A stretch of 64,000 nt of DNA, taken from Vicinamibacterales bacterium (GTDB lineage: Bacteria > Acidobacteriota > Vicinamibacteria > Vicinamibacterales > JAMQPK01). This document shows, one piece after another, positions 30,738 to 40,300 of the stretch. The DNA lies in the NCBI GenBank assembly GCA_963825295.1, contig CAWGSZ010000009.1, forward strand, positions 24,188 through 88,187, read 5' to 3'. Position numbers and translations under genes: made by a program. Numbering within the stretch: position 1 is the first letter of the stretch; every line of letters begins with the position of its first letter. Under the pieces are notes generated by a model, which was given only the letters and a program-made list of their open reading frames with translations, was not told the DNA's origin and made no database searches.

Positions 30738-32747
30738 TCCGCTCCGCCGCCCGAGCGAAGCGGCTCGCGATCGAAAAGGTTTGTGAGGTCTGGGTGAGCT
30801 CGGGCCTGCTCACACTGGTGACACGAATCCTGGCGCGAGACGTTTCGTCCGCCAATTCCCGTCCAGTCATAAAACCCCACGTTTCCTGCCTCATCGACCA
30901 ACCTCGTCCAGCTCGCCCCGTCGTCGCGCGACAGATCGATAGAAACGCCGCCCCCAACGCCGCGCAGCGTCCATTGGACGGTGTTGTTGCGCCCGATCCA
31001 GAACGTCGTCCCTCCGTCTGGCCGGCGAAGCGCCAGGGTGGGGGAGTGCCTGACGCCGCGCGTCGTCGTCACCGCAGAGGATTCCTGTTTCGCCCCGTCT
31101 TCGGTCGTCGCGGTGGCCAGCGCCGTGCTCACGAAGTCGCCTTCGCTCGCCGCGCGAACCGAGACGACGACGAATGCCTCGGATCCTGGAGCGAGGCTCC
31201 CCAGGTTGCAGCTCGCGATAGCGGTGACCGTGCACTCGCCCTGCGACGCGCGCGCCGACATCAGCTGCGCCGCCGACGGCGGCATCTCGATGACATTCGT
31301 CCCGGCAACCCGACCTGGTCCATGGTTGGTCACCATCACGACAAACGACCACTCCCGATCGATCGGCACGGCGTTGCCAGGTCCCAGCTATCGTCACGCG
31401 GAGGCCGGTCGGCAGACCCTGAGGCGTCGCGCGCGGCCTGACGACGAACAGGCCCTGCTCGATGCCGTTGACGACGACCGATCCGCTCGCGAAAAAGGGA
31501 TAGTTGGACCAGGCGCCGTTGTAGGCCGGCTGGTCGTCGAACGGAAAAATGTCGAAGAATCCGACCTCGCGCAGCACGCCCTGCGCGATCTCGCTCGCGT
31601 CGAGCACCCGCAGTCCGCTCCGGTAGTTCGACTCGTAGACGAGATTGCCGCGAACGTAGAGATTGTGATCGATCGACGGAGTGGCGCCTTCGTAGTGACT
31701 CGCGAGCACCGGCGCGTCGATATCGGACACGTCCCAGATCCACGTTCGAGTCGGATGACCGAAGGCCGCTTCGTCGCCTTCATCGTTCACGAGGAAGAAC
31801 CGCTGATCTTCCGTGAGCCATCCCTGGTGTGTGTACGCGCTCCCGTCATAGCCGGTCCGCGACAGCTGAACCTGTTCGAGCTTATCGGAGACATCCACGA
31901 TTGTCAGCGTGTCTTCGTTGGAGTTGAAGCAGATCTCGCGCCCTTGATAGAAGGTGTCGGGACCGTTGTAGACGACGCACTGCGCTTCGTGAGTGTAGCC
32001 ATCGAAGCTGAAGCAGCCGGCCGCGCGCGGCGCGGCCGGCGTGCGGACGTCGACCGCGTGCAGGCCGCCTTCGCACGTGCGTGTGCCGGCGGCATATGCG
32101 AATCCGGTGCGAGTGTTTATCGCGAGCGTATGCGTCGATCCAAAGCCCGCATAGTGCGCGGTCTCTGTGAAGGTGACCGGCGGAGACGCCACGTCGCGAA
32201 GCTGTCTGAGGTCGAAGACCTGCATCCCGTGGTTGAGCGCTTCGCTGACGATGAAGGCATGGTCGGCGAATACCTTGATGCCGCGCCATGTCGAGCTGTC
32301 GGTCTTTGTCGGCAGGTTGCCAATGTAAACAGGCTGGGTCGGAAGGGAAATATCGACGAATGCGGTGCCGGTTGAGCGGCCAACCAGCGCGTACTCGCGG
32401 CCGGTCAACGGATCGGACCATCCCCAGATGTCGTTGCCGCTCCCGCCGCCGATCTCGAAGTGCGAGAGGAACGCCAGCAGGTCGATGTCGCGACAGGGGA
32501 AGGGCCCCGCAAAGCCGTCTGCACAACTGAGGTCGAGGAACCCGTCGAGGCGCCGCACGGGCTGCGCGTCAACCTTGAGCGAGCACCCGCACGAGCACCG
32601 GCGGCCGTTCGAATCGAGCGGGCAGACGCCGCGGTTGCACGCACAATGCGAGCCGAGTGGTGGATCCGAAAAGGGAATGCCCGCCGTCACCGTCACCGCC
32701 GCGAGAGCGATGACGCCGGCGACCGCCGCGAGTATGATGCGGAGCAT
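30730..32747 (-). CDS. Choice-of-anchor-B (LVIVD-repeat) propeller protein with C-terminal DUF11-type and Ig-like domains; two frame disruptions (about 31369 and 30853-30862)
   Basis: ORF 30891..32747 carries a signal peptide, a Cys-rich stretch, then DIWGWSDPLTGREYALVG, GMQVFDL, LTIVDVSD, GLRVLD. It continues in ORF 30659..31369 (VPIDREWSFVVMVTNHGPG..CNLGSLAPGSEAFVVVSV, DUF11-like; WTLRGVGGGVSIDLSRDDGASWT). The end is in ORF 30730..30957 (ETSRARIRVTSVS..FSIA). Confidence 0.7.
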
Positions 32748-32774
32748 CTGGCACCTGGAGATCGACTGACCTAT

Positions 32775-32803
32775 GAACTAATGATCTTGTGAACTAATGA
32801 TCT
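32775..32803. repeat. 13-bp direct repeat GAACTAATGATCT x2 in an AT-rich promoter region
   Basis: Copies lie at 32775-32787 and 32791-32803, 28-56 nt upstream of the 32747 start codon (minus strand). The region is unusually AT-rich for this window. Confidence 0.6.
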
Positions 32804-32850
32804 ATTGATCTGACAGGCGTTGCCAGCAAAAAGTCTGTGGTAGGGCAGTC

Positions 32851-32930
32851 ATGGCAGACGGCAGATGGATGATGGCAGAACTCGACGACGTGCCACGCCG
32901 GTCTGCCATCTGCCCTCCGCCATCTGCCAT
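32851..32930. repeat. Imperfect 29-nt inverted repeat built from GGCAGA(T/C)GG units
   Basis: ATGGCAGACGGCAGATGGATGATGGCAGA (32851-32879) is set against TCTGCCATCTGCCCTCCGCCATCTGCCAT (32902-32930). By hand alignment 23 of 29 positions are complementary, with a 22-nt spacer. It lies between the beta-helix gene stop and the next promoter. Confidence 0.6.
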
Positions 32931-32960
32931 AGCATCAGCGCCGAAGCGGTCGGTAACGTT

Positions 32961-34058
32961 TTACTTGATGCACCTGGCGGATCTGGTGCCAAAAATGTTC
33001 TTGTACCACGTGGTGCTGCAGTCGCTCTCGTCCACCAGGTCGAGCCCGGTGCCGATCGGGTTGCCCAGGGCATCCAGTCCGATGAGTACTCCGAAGTTGT
33101 CGGCTGCCGTGTTGCGCGAAACGATGTTGCCTTCCGCCGACTCCGTGAGATGAATGCCGTAGATACCGTTGCGGATCGAGAGGTTCCCCTCGAGGTGGTT
33201 GCCGGATCCCTCGACGACGAATCCTGACGCGGCCAGATCAGCCGCCGGCTCGTCGCCGTTCTCGAGGCTTTTGTTGCCCTTGAGAACGTTGCCGTGTGCC
33301 TCTTCAGCCACGACGAAGCCGTGGTCTTCGTTCTTGAGGGCGGTGTTGTCGCTCAGCAGGTTTCCGCGACCCTGCACGAGGTACCCATAGCCGGCGTTGT
33401 CTTTGCTGATGTTGTCTTTCAGGTGGTTCTCGTTGCCCTCGATGGTGAAGCCGCCTTCATCGTCACTGTCATTGTCCGATGCGACGTTTCCCAGCAGTTC
33501 GTTCTGGTCTCCAGAGACCAGAAAGCCGCTGCCCTCGATGGGATCGGAGTTGGCCCAGGGCAGAGCCTGCCGCACGATATTGCCCACCAGCGTGTTCCCG
33601 TCGGACTCGATGACAAAGGCGCCGCTCGAGCTCCTGGTGACGGTGACACCCTGAACAGAGTGATCGCCCTCGCCGTTCAAGACGACGCCCTGCTCACAAC
33701 CTGTTACGCCGTGGACTCCGAAGGGTGGTCTGGTACCGCCGATGAGGCTCGCTCCCTTTCCTTCCAGGAGTATTCCGATCGTTGGATTCTCCGACTCTTC
33801 AACTGCCGGCGCGCAGCTGACGGTGTGCCCGTTCAGTTTCAGTTTGGCTGGCCCGACGACCCTGATGGCCGGCGTGCCCTCGCCACAATCCAGGACGTCC
33901 GAGACGAGGACGTAAGTCTCGTCGCCCGTCAGGTAAGCGCCGCATCCGATAACCGACTCCACTGTGGCCTGTGCCCGGGCCGCCGAGAAGCCGACAACCG
34001 CCACGACTGCCAGCGCCCCCAATACCCATCTGAGCCGCCGCGCGCATGTTCCTGTCAT
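32961..34058 (-). CDS. Secreted right-handed parallel beta-helix repeat protein (NosD/pectin-lyase-fold like)
   Basis: ATG 34058 lies 6 nt after GGAG (alternative ATG at 34070). Signal peptide RRLRWVLGALAVVAVVGFSAARA. Repeated ~22-aa units include GN.V.GN / N.L..N (GNTLVGNIV, NELLGNVAS, NHLKDNISK, NLLSDNTAL, NVLKGNKSL, NHLEGNLSI, NIVSRNTAA). Confidence 0.75.
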   Translation of the reverse strand: MTGTCARRLRWVLGALAVVAVVGFSAARAQATVESVIGCGAYLTGDETYVLVSDVLDCGEGTPAIRVVGPAKLKLNGHTVSCAPAVEESENPTIGILLEGKGASLIGGTRPPFGVHGVTGCEQGVVLNGEGDHSVQGVTVTRSSSGAFVIESDGNTLVGNIVRQALPWANSDPIEGSGFLVSGDQNELLGNVASDNDSDDEGGFTIEGNENHLKDNISKDNAGYGYLVQGRGNLLSDNTALKNEDHGFVVAEEAHGNVLKGNKSLENGDEPAADLAASGFVVEGSGNHLEGNLSIRNGIYGIHLTESAEGNIVSRNTAADNFGVLIGLDALGNPIGTGLDLVDESDCSTTWYKNIFGTRSARCIK

Positions 34059-34262
34059 CTTGGTCTCCATTCCCTCACGTGATCTGTGGTTTGCGGTGCT
34101 CTCGTTCGCGTGTTGTGACTGGCAGTTCGACATGCCTAAGTGCTGCGAATTGCAGGACATGTGTACTCGCCAGACAGAGGACTCGTCTAGTCCCCAAGAG
34201 ACGTAGGCGAGCGGGTTAGTTCGATTGAGGGAGTCGATTTGCGTGGGATGGGGAGTGAAGTT

Positions 34263-34526
34263 CTATTGCTTGAACCAGCGCGCCAGTTCTTCTGCGGCCG
34301 CCGTGGTGACCAGTTGCTCGGCGGCCATCGAGCCCGTCGCTCGGTGCTCTTCCGGTACGCACGTCGCTGGGGGCTCTCCCGGCACGCCCGCCGCCTGGGG
34401 CTCTGCCGGTGACGAGCCCGTCGCCTCGGGCTGTTTCGGTTGCGAACCGTCACGGAGCCCGTCGAGAAAACGGCGGACCACTTCTCTGTGCGGCAACGAG
34501 CGATTCGTCAATGGATTCGGATTCAT
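34263..34526 (-). CDS. Hypothetical small protein (87 aa) with Pro/Glu/Ala-rich internal repeats
   Basis: The ATG lies 13 nt after the stop of the 32-codon ORF upstream. The middle contains PEATGSSPAEPQAAGVPGEPPATCVPEEHRATGS, encoded by imperfect DNA repeats (GAGCCCGTCGC occurs three times). Confidence 0.35.
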   Translation of the reverse strand: MNPNPLTNRSLPHREVVRRFLDGLRDGSQPKQPEATGSSPAEPQAAGVPGEPPATCVPEEHRATGSMAAEQLVTTAAAEELARWFKQ

Positions 34527-34538
34527 CGGAGCGATGCC

Positions 34539-34637
34539 CTATGACTCGGCTGTGTCTGACGGCCTCGATGCCCACGCGGCCCCGAGCACGAACCCAATCG
34601 ACCCTGCGAGATAGGCGCAGATAACCAACGCAATCAT
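34539..34637 (-). CDS. Possible 32-aa single-TM micropeptide
   Basis: ATG 34637 lies 8 nt after GGGGGAAG. The peptide is MIALVICAYLAGSIGFVLGAAWASRPSDTAES. It is too short for the ORF track and was found by manual translation. Confidence 0.35.
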   Translation of the reverse strand: MIALVICAYLAGSIGFVLGAAWASRPSDTAES

Positions 34638-34853
34638 TGGCGTCTTCCCCCTTTCGAGTTGGCCAGGATTCTGCCGAATTCGCCGGTATCGATCAATGCC
34701 CTCAACGCATTAGCCGGGTTAAGTAACCCGAAGTGAGTAATTCCGCTCCACGCCGCGCTTCGGCGACAGGCCGTGAGTGCATGAAGGCCGGATGAAGCAG
34801 TGGCGCGTGATGCGTTCACCGTCTCTTCATCTGTGGTGTGAAGAATACTCCTC

Positions 34854-35915
34854 GTGATGAAAGCCGCGTTCTACCTCTCGCTATTCTGCCTCGCCCTGAT
34901 CCTCAGACCGTCGGACGCGAGGGCGCAGGAGAGACCACCGGCACAACAGGAAAACCAGACCGTGTTCGGCCACGTGACTTTCAGCGGCCTGCTGCAAGCC
35001 TGGTATCTCAGCGGCAGCGGAGACTTCGACGATACGTTGAAACTCCGGCGCTCGGAGCTGAAGTTGACCGGCGTGGTTTCACCGAAGGTCAAGTGGACGT
35101 TGATGGTGGACCCGGCAAAGGCGCTGTCGATCATGAGGAATCCGCCAGCACGGCGCGATGACAGCATCGCGACCGGCATCGTGCAGGATGTGTTTGTCAC
35201 ACTGACCTTCCACCAGCGCCTGAACGTAAGTGTCGGGCAGTTCAAGGTCCCCCTGAGCCTCGAGGGCCTGGAGTCCTCGGCAGCGCTCGACACCGAACGC
35301 GCCCTTTTCATCTCCGATCGGGCCCGCGGCGGTGCATACGGAGACATTCGTAATATCGGCGTAATGGCGTACGGGCCGCTCACCGATCGACTCGACTACC
35401 AGGTCGGCCTCTTTGACGGCATCGGCGATACGCCGGATGACGGCATCAACTACGATCAGAAAGCGATTGCGGGTCGCCTGGTCTATCGGCCCGGCGTCGT
35501 GCCGGGGCTGCAGGTCGGGACTTCACGCGTGTGGGGGAGCGGCACCAGCGACGCGCGTGCGCGTCGAGACCGTCTGGGGGCGGAGGTGCGCTACATCAAT
35601 GGTCCGCTGACCTTGAAAGCAGAGTACATGACGGGCCAGGATGGCTTGCTCGAGCGCGAAGGGCACTACGCCCACTTCGCCTACAAGCTCACTCCGAAGT
35701 GGGAAGCGACCCTGCGCTACGACGCATGGGATCCTGACAGGCATCTCGAGGCGACGCCCGCCAGCGTGACCGAGCGCGACTATATCGCCGGGTTCAACTA
35801 TTTCCTCGACGGCCGCTACGTGAAGTTGCAGGTCAACTGCGTGCGCAAGACGTTCAATGACGAGGTTGTCAGCCCCTATTATCTTGGGGCGACGCGGCTA
35901 CAGGTTTCCTGGTAG
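34854..35915 (+). CDS. Phosphate-selective porin O/P family outer-membrane porin
   Basis: Signal peptide, then FGHVTFSGLLQAWY.., RRSELKLTG, VGQFKVPLSLEG.., and the C-terminal ..YLGATRLQVSW. Confidence 0.7.
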   Translation: MMKAAFYLSLFCLALILRPSDARAQERPPAQQENQTVFGHVTFSGLLQAWYLSGSGDFDDTLKLRRSELKLTGVVSPKVKWTLMVDPAKALSIMRNPPARRDDSIATGIVQDVFVTLTFHQRLNVSVGQFKVPLSLEGLESSAALDTERALFISDRARGGAYGDIRNIGVMAYGPLTDRLDYQVGLFDGIGDTPDDGINYDQKAIAGRLVYRPGVVPGLQVGTSRVWGSGTSDARARRDRLGAEVRYINGPLTLKAEYMTGQDGLLEREGHYAHFAYKLTPKWEATLRYDAWDPDRHLEATPASVTERDYIAGFNYFLDGRYVKLQVNCVRKTFNDEVVSPYYLGATRLQVSW

Positions 35916-36008
35916 TCAACCCGCATCCGGCTTAACTCGATTTTCACTGTCAAGCCGCGCCAGCGCGGTAGCGAACCTGCCTGCCGCACTGGCGCGGTTC
36001 ACCCGCGA

Positions 36009-36955
36009 TTACCTGGCTCGTCGTTCCGCCGTCGCGGCGACGCGCGGCGCCTCGGCCTGATTCGGAGAAGGCAGAACACCCGTGAGCGGCACGCCCATCG
36101 GGCCGACCGGGATGTACACCGTCGTGTGATTGGGTGAGTTCACCATCAGCTTCTGCGCCTCGATGGCTTCGTGTTGAATGTAGAGGGCGCTCAGTTGACC
36201 GCGGATAATCTGCATCGCGTTCGCGATGCCCGCCGCCTGGACCTCGCGTTTTGTCCGCTCCTTCCGCTCGATCTCGATTTCCGTGTCCTTACGCTCGAGC
36301 TCCTGTGTCGCGGCGAGTTTCCGTGAGACCGCATCCGCGATTTCCGACGGATACTGGACATTCCCGACGACGACGCTGCTGATGACGAAGGGGCTCGCGT
36401 CGGCATACCCGCGAATGCGGGCGAGAACGGCGTCGCCGATCGGGATCAGCTCGTCCTTGACCGACAAGCCGTTGCGGCGCTGCACCTCATCGCGTGCGTA
36501 GGTGCGCAGCGGTTCGCGGACGAAGTGCGCGTACGCCACCCGCACAATGGCGTCGGGCGATTTCTCGGCGTCCCCGTTGGTGACGGTCGTGCTGAACCGC
36601 TCCATGAACAACGGCACGCGTTGGTCGTCGAGGCGCCACACGGTGTGCACCGCGAAGGAGATCTTCAGGTTGTCGCGGCTGAGCACCGCCTGATCGCCGA
36701 CGAACTCCTCGGTGTACGTGTAGGGCGTGACGCTGACGTTGGTGACGTCGACGAGCCAGCTGCGGCCGGGCGACGTCGGTCCCCGCTGGATGCCGTAGAA
36801 GCGGCTTTGTCCGAAGACCGCTCCCTTAGTGAGATAACCGACGTACCCGGCGGGTGTGTAGGGATTGCGAGATCCCAGCACCCAGACAACGGAGGCGAGA
36901 TGCCGCCTAAGAGGAACAGGAGCACCAGCCCAATTGGAACGCCGCGACGAAGCAT
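36009..36955 (-). CDS. SPFH/Band-7 (prohibitin/HflC-like) lipoprotein; one frame disruption at about 36874-36880
   Basis: ORF 36665..37024 contains MLRRGVPIGLVLLFLLGGISPPLSGC (lipobox LSGC). The reading then moves to ORF 36009..37022 at ..SRNPYTPAGYVGYL.., SRDNLKISF, an Ala/Glu-rich coiled coil, and NHTTVYIPVG. Confidence 0.75.
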
Positions 36956-37292
36956 GGATCGGAGAGACGCGACGGCAGAATCGCCATCGCCATGACGGAA
37001 CGGCAACACGGCAGGCCTCCACACGCCGGCGAGGTTAGCTGACGGGCTCGAGCCTGGAGTTGCTCTATCCGCGTTCCGGTTCGCCCTTCACAGAAGGTCA
37101 GAAGAGAACCGTTCAGCGGAATTCGCCCCGGTGCGCGTTGATTCGCGCCGTGGGTCCCCCGCGACGCCCGGTGGGCGTCTTAGACGTACTACGCAACATA
37201 CGCCTGCGCCCGAACGGCGTCAAGCCATGCAGTTAAAGTCGTGCATTGTCAATTAGTTACGAGGCCATGCCCGGGCGTGCCGTGTGAAAGCG

Positions 37293-37321
37293 GAGCGGGC
37301 GGCCTTTGAGACCGCCCGCTC
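37293..37321 (-). terminator. GC-rich stem-loop 18 nt downstream of the G1 stop codon
   Basis: GAGCGGGCGG (37293-37302) pairs perfectly with CCGCCCGCTC (37312-37321) around a 9-nt loop. On the minus-strand RNA it is followed by CGCUUUC. Confidence 0.5.
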
Positions 37322-37338
37322 AGCCTATCGTCGGGGCG

Positions 37339-40300
37339 CTAGTCCGGCACTTGCTTCCACGCGAGCGAGAAGTACACCCCGGGGTCGTTGCCGTCGCTCG
37401 TGCGGACAACCGTTCCGGTCGCTCCGGTCGTGGTGAAGACCCGGTAGGCGAGTGACAACGACGTGTCTTCGCCTTGCGTGTTGCGCCACTGCTGGGTGCC
37501 CGGCACGCTCCAGCCCGCGGTCGGCGCCGTCCACGTGTTGTTCTCGTTCGAGAGCCAGCCGGCCAGTACCAGCTGTTCCGGCCGTATTGGTCATCAGGCT
37601 TGGCACCGTCACCGGTACTGCTGCCGCTGAAGCCCCCGGAGGTCACCGGCACGTCTATCTCCGGGTGCATGCCGGCCGACATCGCGAACGCGAAGCTATA
37701 GACGGTCAGCGCTTCGGTTCCCGACGTGTTGGTCACCGATGGCGTTCCGGCCCAGGTGCCGTTGAAGCGGGTCCAGAAGACGCGTGCCGTCACGCCGTTG
37801 GCCTGCGATTGCGCCTCGGACGTCCATGTCTGCCCGCCCGTCGCCGAGAGGCTCAGCGTTGCGGTCCCGCGATACGCCGCCACCATGACGTACAAGTCGC
37901 CGGTCTGCAGCGTCGCCGGCGGTGTCACCGCGCGTGGTCCCGGACCCGCGCCCGCTGTGTTGTCCATGGTCGGGAAGTGCGTGCCGACCGAGCGGAACGT
38001 GAACGGAACGGGTGGCGGTGGCGGTGGCGTGGGCGTCAGCGCGTACGCGATGTTCGAGGGGTTCGACGGACTGAACAGGTTGAAGGCCCGCACCTGATAG
38101 CCATAGTGCGTCGAGCCGGCAACCGTCGTGTCGTTGTAGCTCAGCACGTTCGGTCCGACCACACCGATCTGAGTGAAGTTGGTGGTGCAGCCCTCCCCGA
38201 GGCAGCGCTCGACGGTGAATCCGGCTTCGTTCGTTGCGTGGTCCAGCCAGGTCAGGGCCACCTGTCCTGCCGAGGCCACGGCCTCCAGGTTCGACGGATC
38301 GGCCGGCGGGTTCGCCGGAATTTCCAGCGCGCGGAACGCCATCCGGAAGTAGATGCCGTTGTCCGGCCCGCTCGCACTCTGTGTGCGAACGATGTTTCCG
38401 GATGGACCGGCCTGACCCAGCAGCCGGTACGCGAACGAGACCGAGCTGTCCGATCCGTTGCTGTTGCGCCACTGCGCCTGACCGCCCGGCGTGCTCCATC
38501 CTGCCGTCGGCGCACCCCACGAGTTGTTGTCACCGGAGATCCACCCGATTAGTGCCAGAGCCCCCTCGGTGTTTGAGTTGAAGGTCGGCACCGTAATCGT
38601 TCCGCCGGCGTGGGTGCCCGAGGCAAACGGGACGTCGACCACCGGATACAGCCCTGACGCCATGTCGAACGCAAAGCCGTAGACCGTCAGCGGCAACGTT
38701 CCAGAGGTGTTCGTCACCGCCGGATTCGCCGTCCAGAAGCCATTGAAGTGAGACCAGAACACGCGCACTGTCTGACCGTTGGCCTGGGTATTCGGCTCGC
38801 TCGTCCAGACCTGCCCTCCGGTCTCGCTCATCGTCAGGGTCGCGGTTCCCCGATATGCGGCGACGATTACCATGAGGTCGCCGGTCGCAAGCGTTGCCGG
38901 CGGTGTGATCGCCCGCGGTCCAGGTCCGCCTCCCTGATCGGCGTTTTCCACGCTCGGGAAGTGCGCGCCGACCGCGCGGAACGTGAAGGGTGGGGTTGGC
39001 GTCGTGGCATCGGCGATCTCCGGTACTGGGAGGTGCCGAGCGCGTTGACGGCCCTGACGCGATACCGGTAGGTCGTCGAGTTGGCGACGGTCGTGTCGTT
39101 GTGACTCGTCGTGTTCGATCCAAGAGCGACGATCGGCACGAAGTTCGTGCACGCCTCGGTTGCGCAGCGCTCGATCTGGAACGCGGATTCGTTCGTCGCA
39201 CCGTCCTGCCACGACAGGCTGACCTGGCCCAGCGATGCGCTGGCCAGCAGGTTCGCCGGCGCACCGGGCGCCGCCGCGGGGTTGATCAGCGTCGCCTTGA
39301 ACGCCATCCGGAAGTAGAGACCGCTGTCGGGCCCAAGTGTGGCCTGGGTACGGGCGATCGTTCCGGTCGTGCCCATTGAGGGCACGTTCCGGAAGGCGAG
39401 CGCGATCGAATTGTCGGAGCCATTGGCGTTGCGCCATTGCGATTGCGAACCCGGCGTGCTCCAACCCGCGGTCGGCGCACCCCACGTGTTGTCGTCGCTC
39501 GAGATCCATCCCACCAGTGCCAGCGCGCTATTCGAGTTGGTGCTGAAGGCCGGCACCGTGGCCGTGCCGCCGGTGTGAGTGCCGGAGCCGAAGGGCACGT
39601 CGATCTCGGGATACGTACCCGGCGCCATGCGGACCGCGAAGCTGTAAACCGTGAGCGGCGACGTGCCCGTGGTGTTCGTCACCGCGGGGTTCCCCGACCA
39701 GATGCCGTTGAACTGGGTCCAGAAGACACGTACCGTCTGAGTGTTCGCCTGAGTATTGGCCTCCGAGGTCCACACCTGTCCGCCCGTCTGGGCCATCGTC
39801 AGGGTGGCCGTGCCGCGGTACGCCGCGACAACCACCACCAGGTCGCCGAGCTGAACGGCCGGCGGAGTAATCGCCCGCGGGCCGGGCCCGGCGCCCTGGT
39901 CGGCGGCGTCTACGGTCGGGAAGTGCGTGCCCACGCCAAGCGGCGTGAACAGCACCGGTGGAGCGACCGTGATCGAGATAGTGGCGGCACTCGAGTCGAC
40001 GCTGGGGCCGAAGGCATTGCTGACGCGGACCCAGTAGCTGGTCTCGGTGGTCAGCGCCGGTGTGGTGAAGTTGGCGCTGTTACCGCCAACCTGAGTGCTC
40101 GTCACGCCGGACGGGCCCTGGTACCACTGGTAGGTCAGATTCGTGCCCGTCGCGCCGACGCTGAGATTGGCGGTGGCGCCTGACGCGATCGTCTGACTCT
40201 GCGGCTGCGTAATGATGGACGGCGCGGCGCCGATCGTAATCACCGCGGCGGCGGAGTTCACGCCGCCAAGTGTGTTGCTTACGCGGACCCAGTAGCTCGT

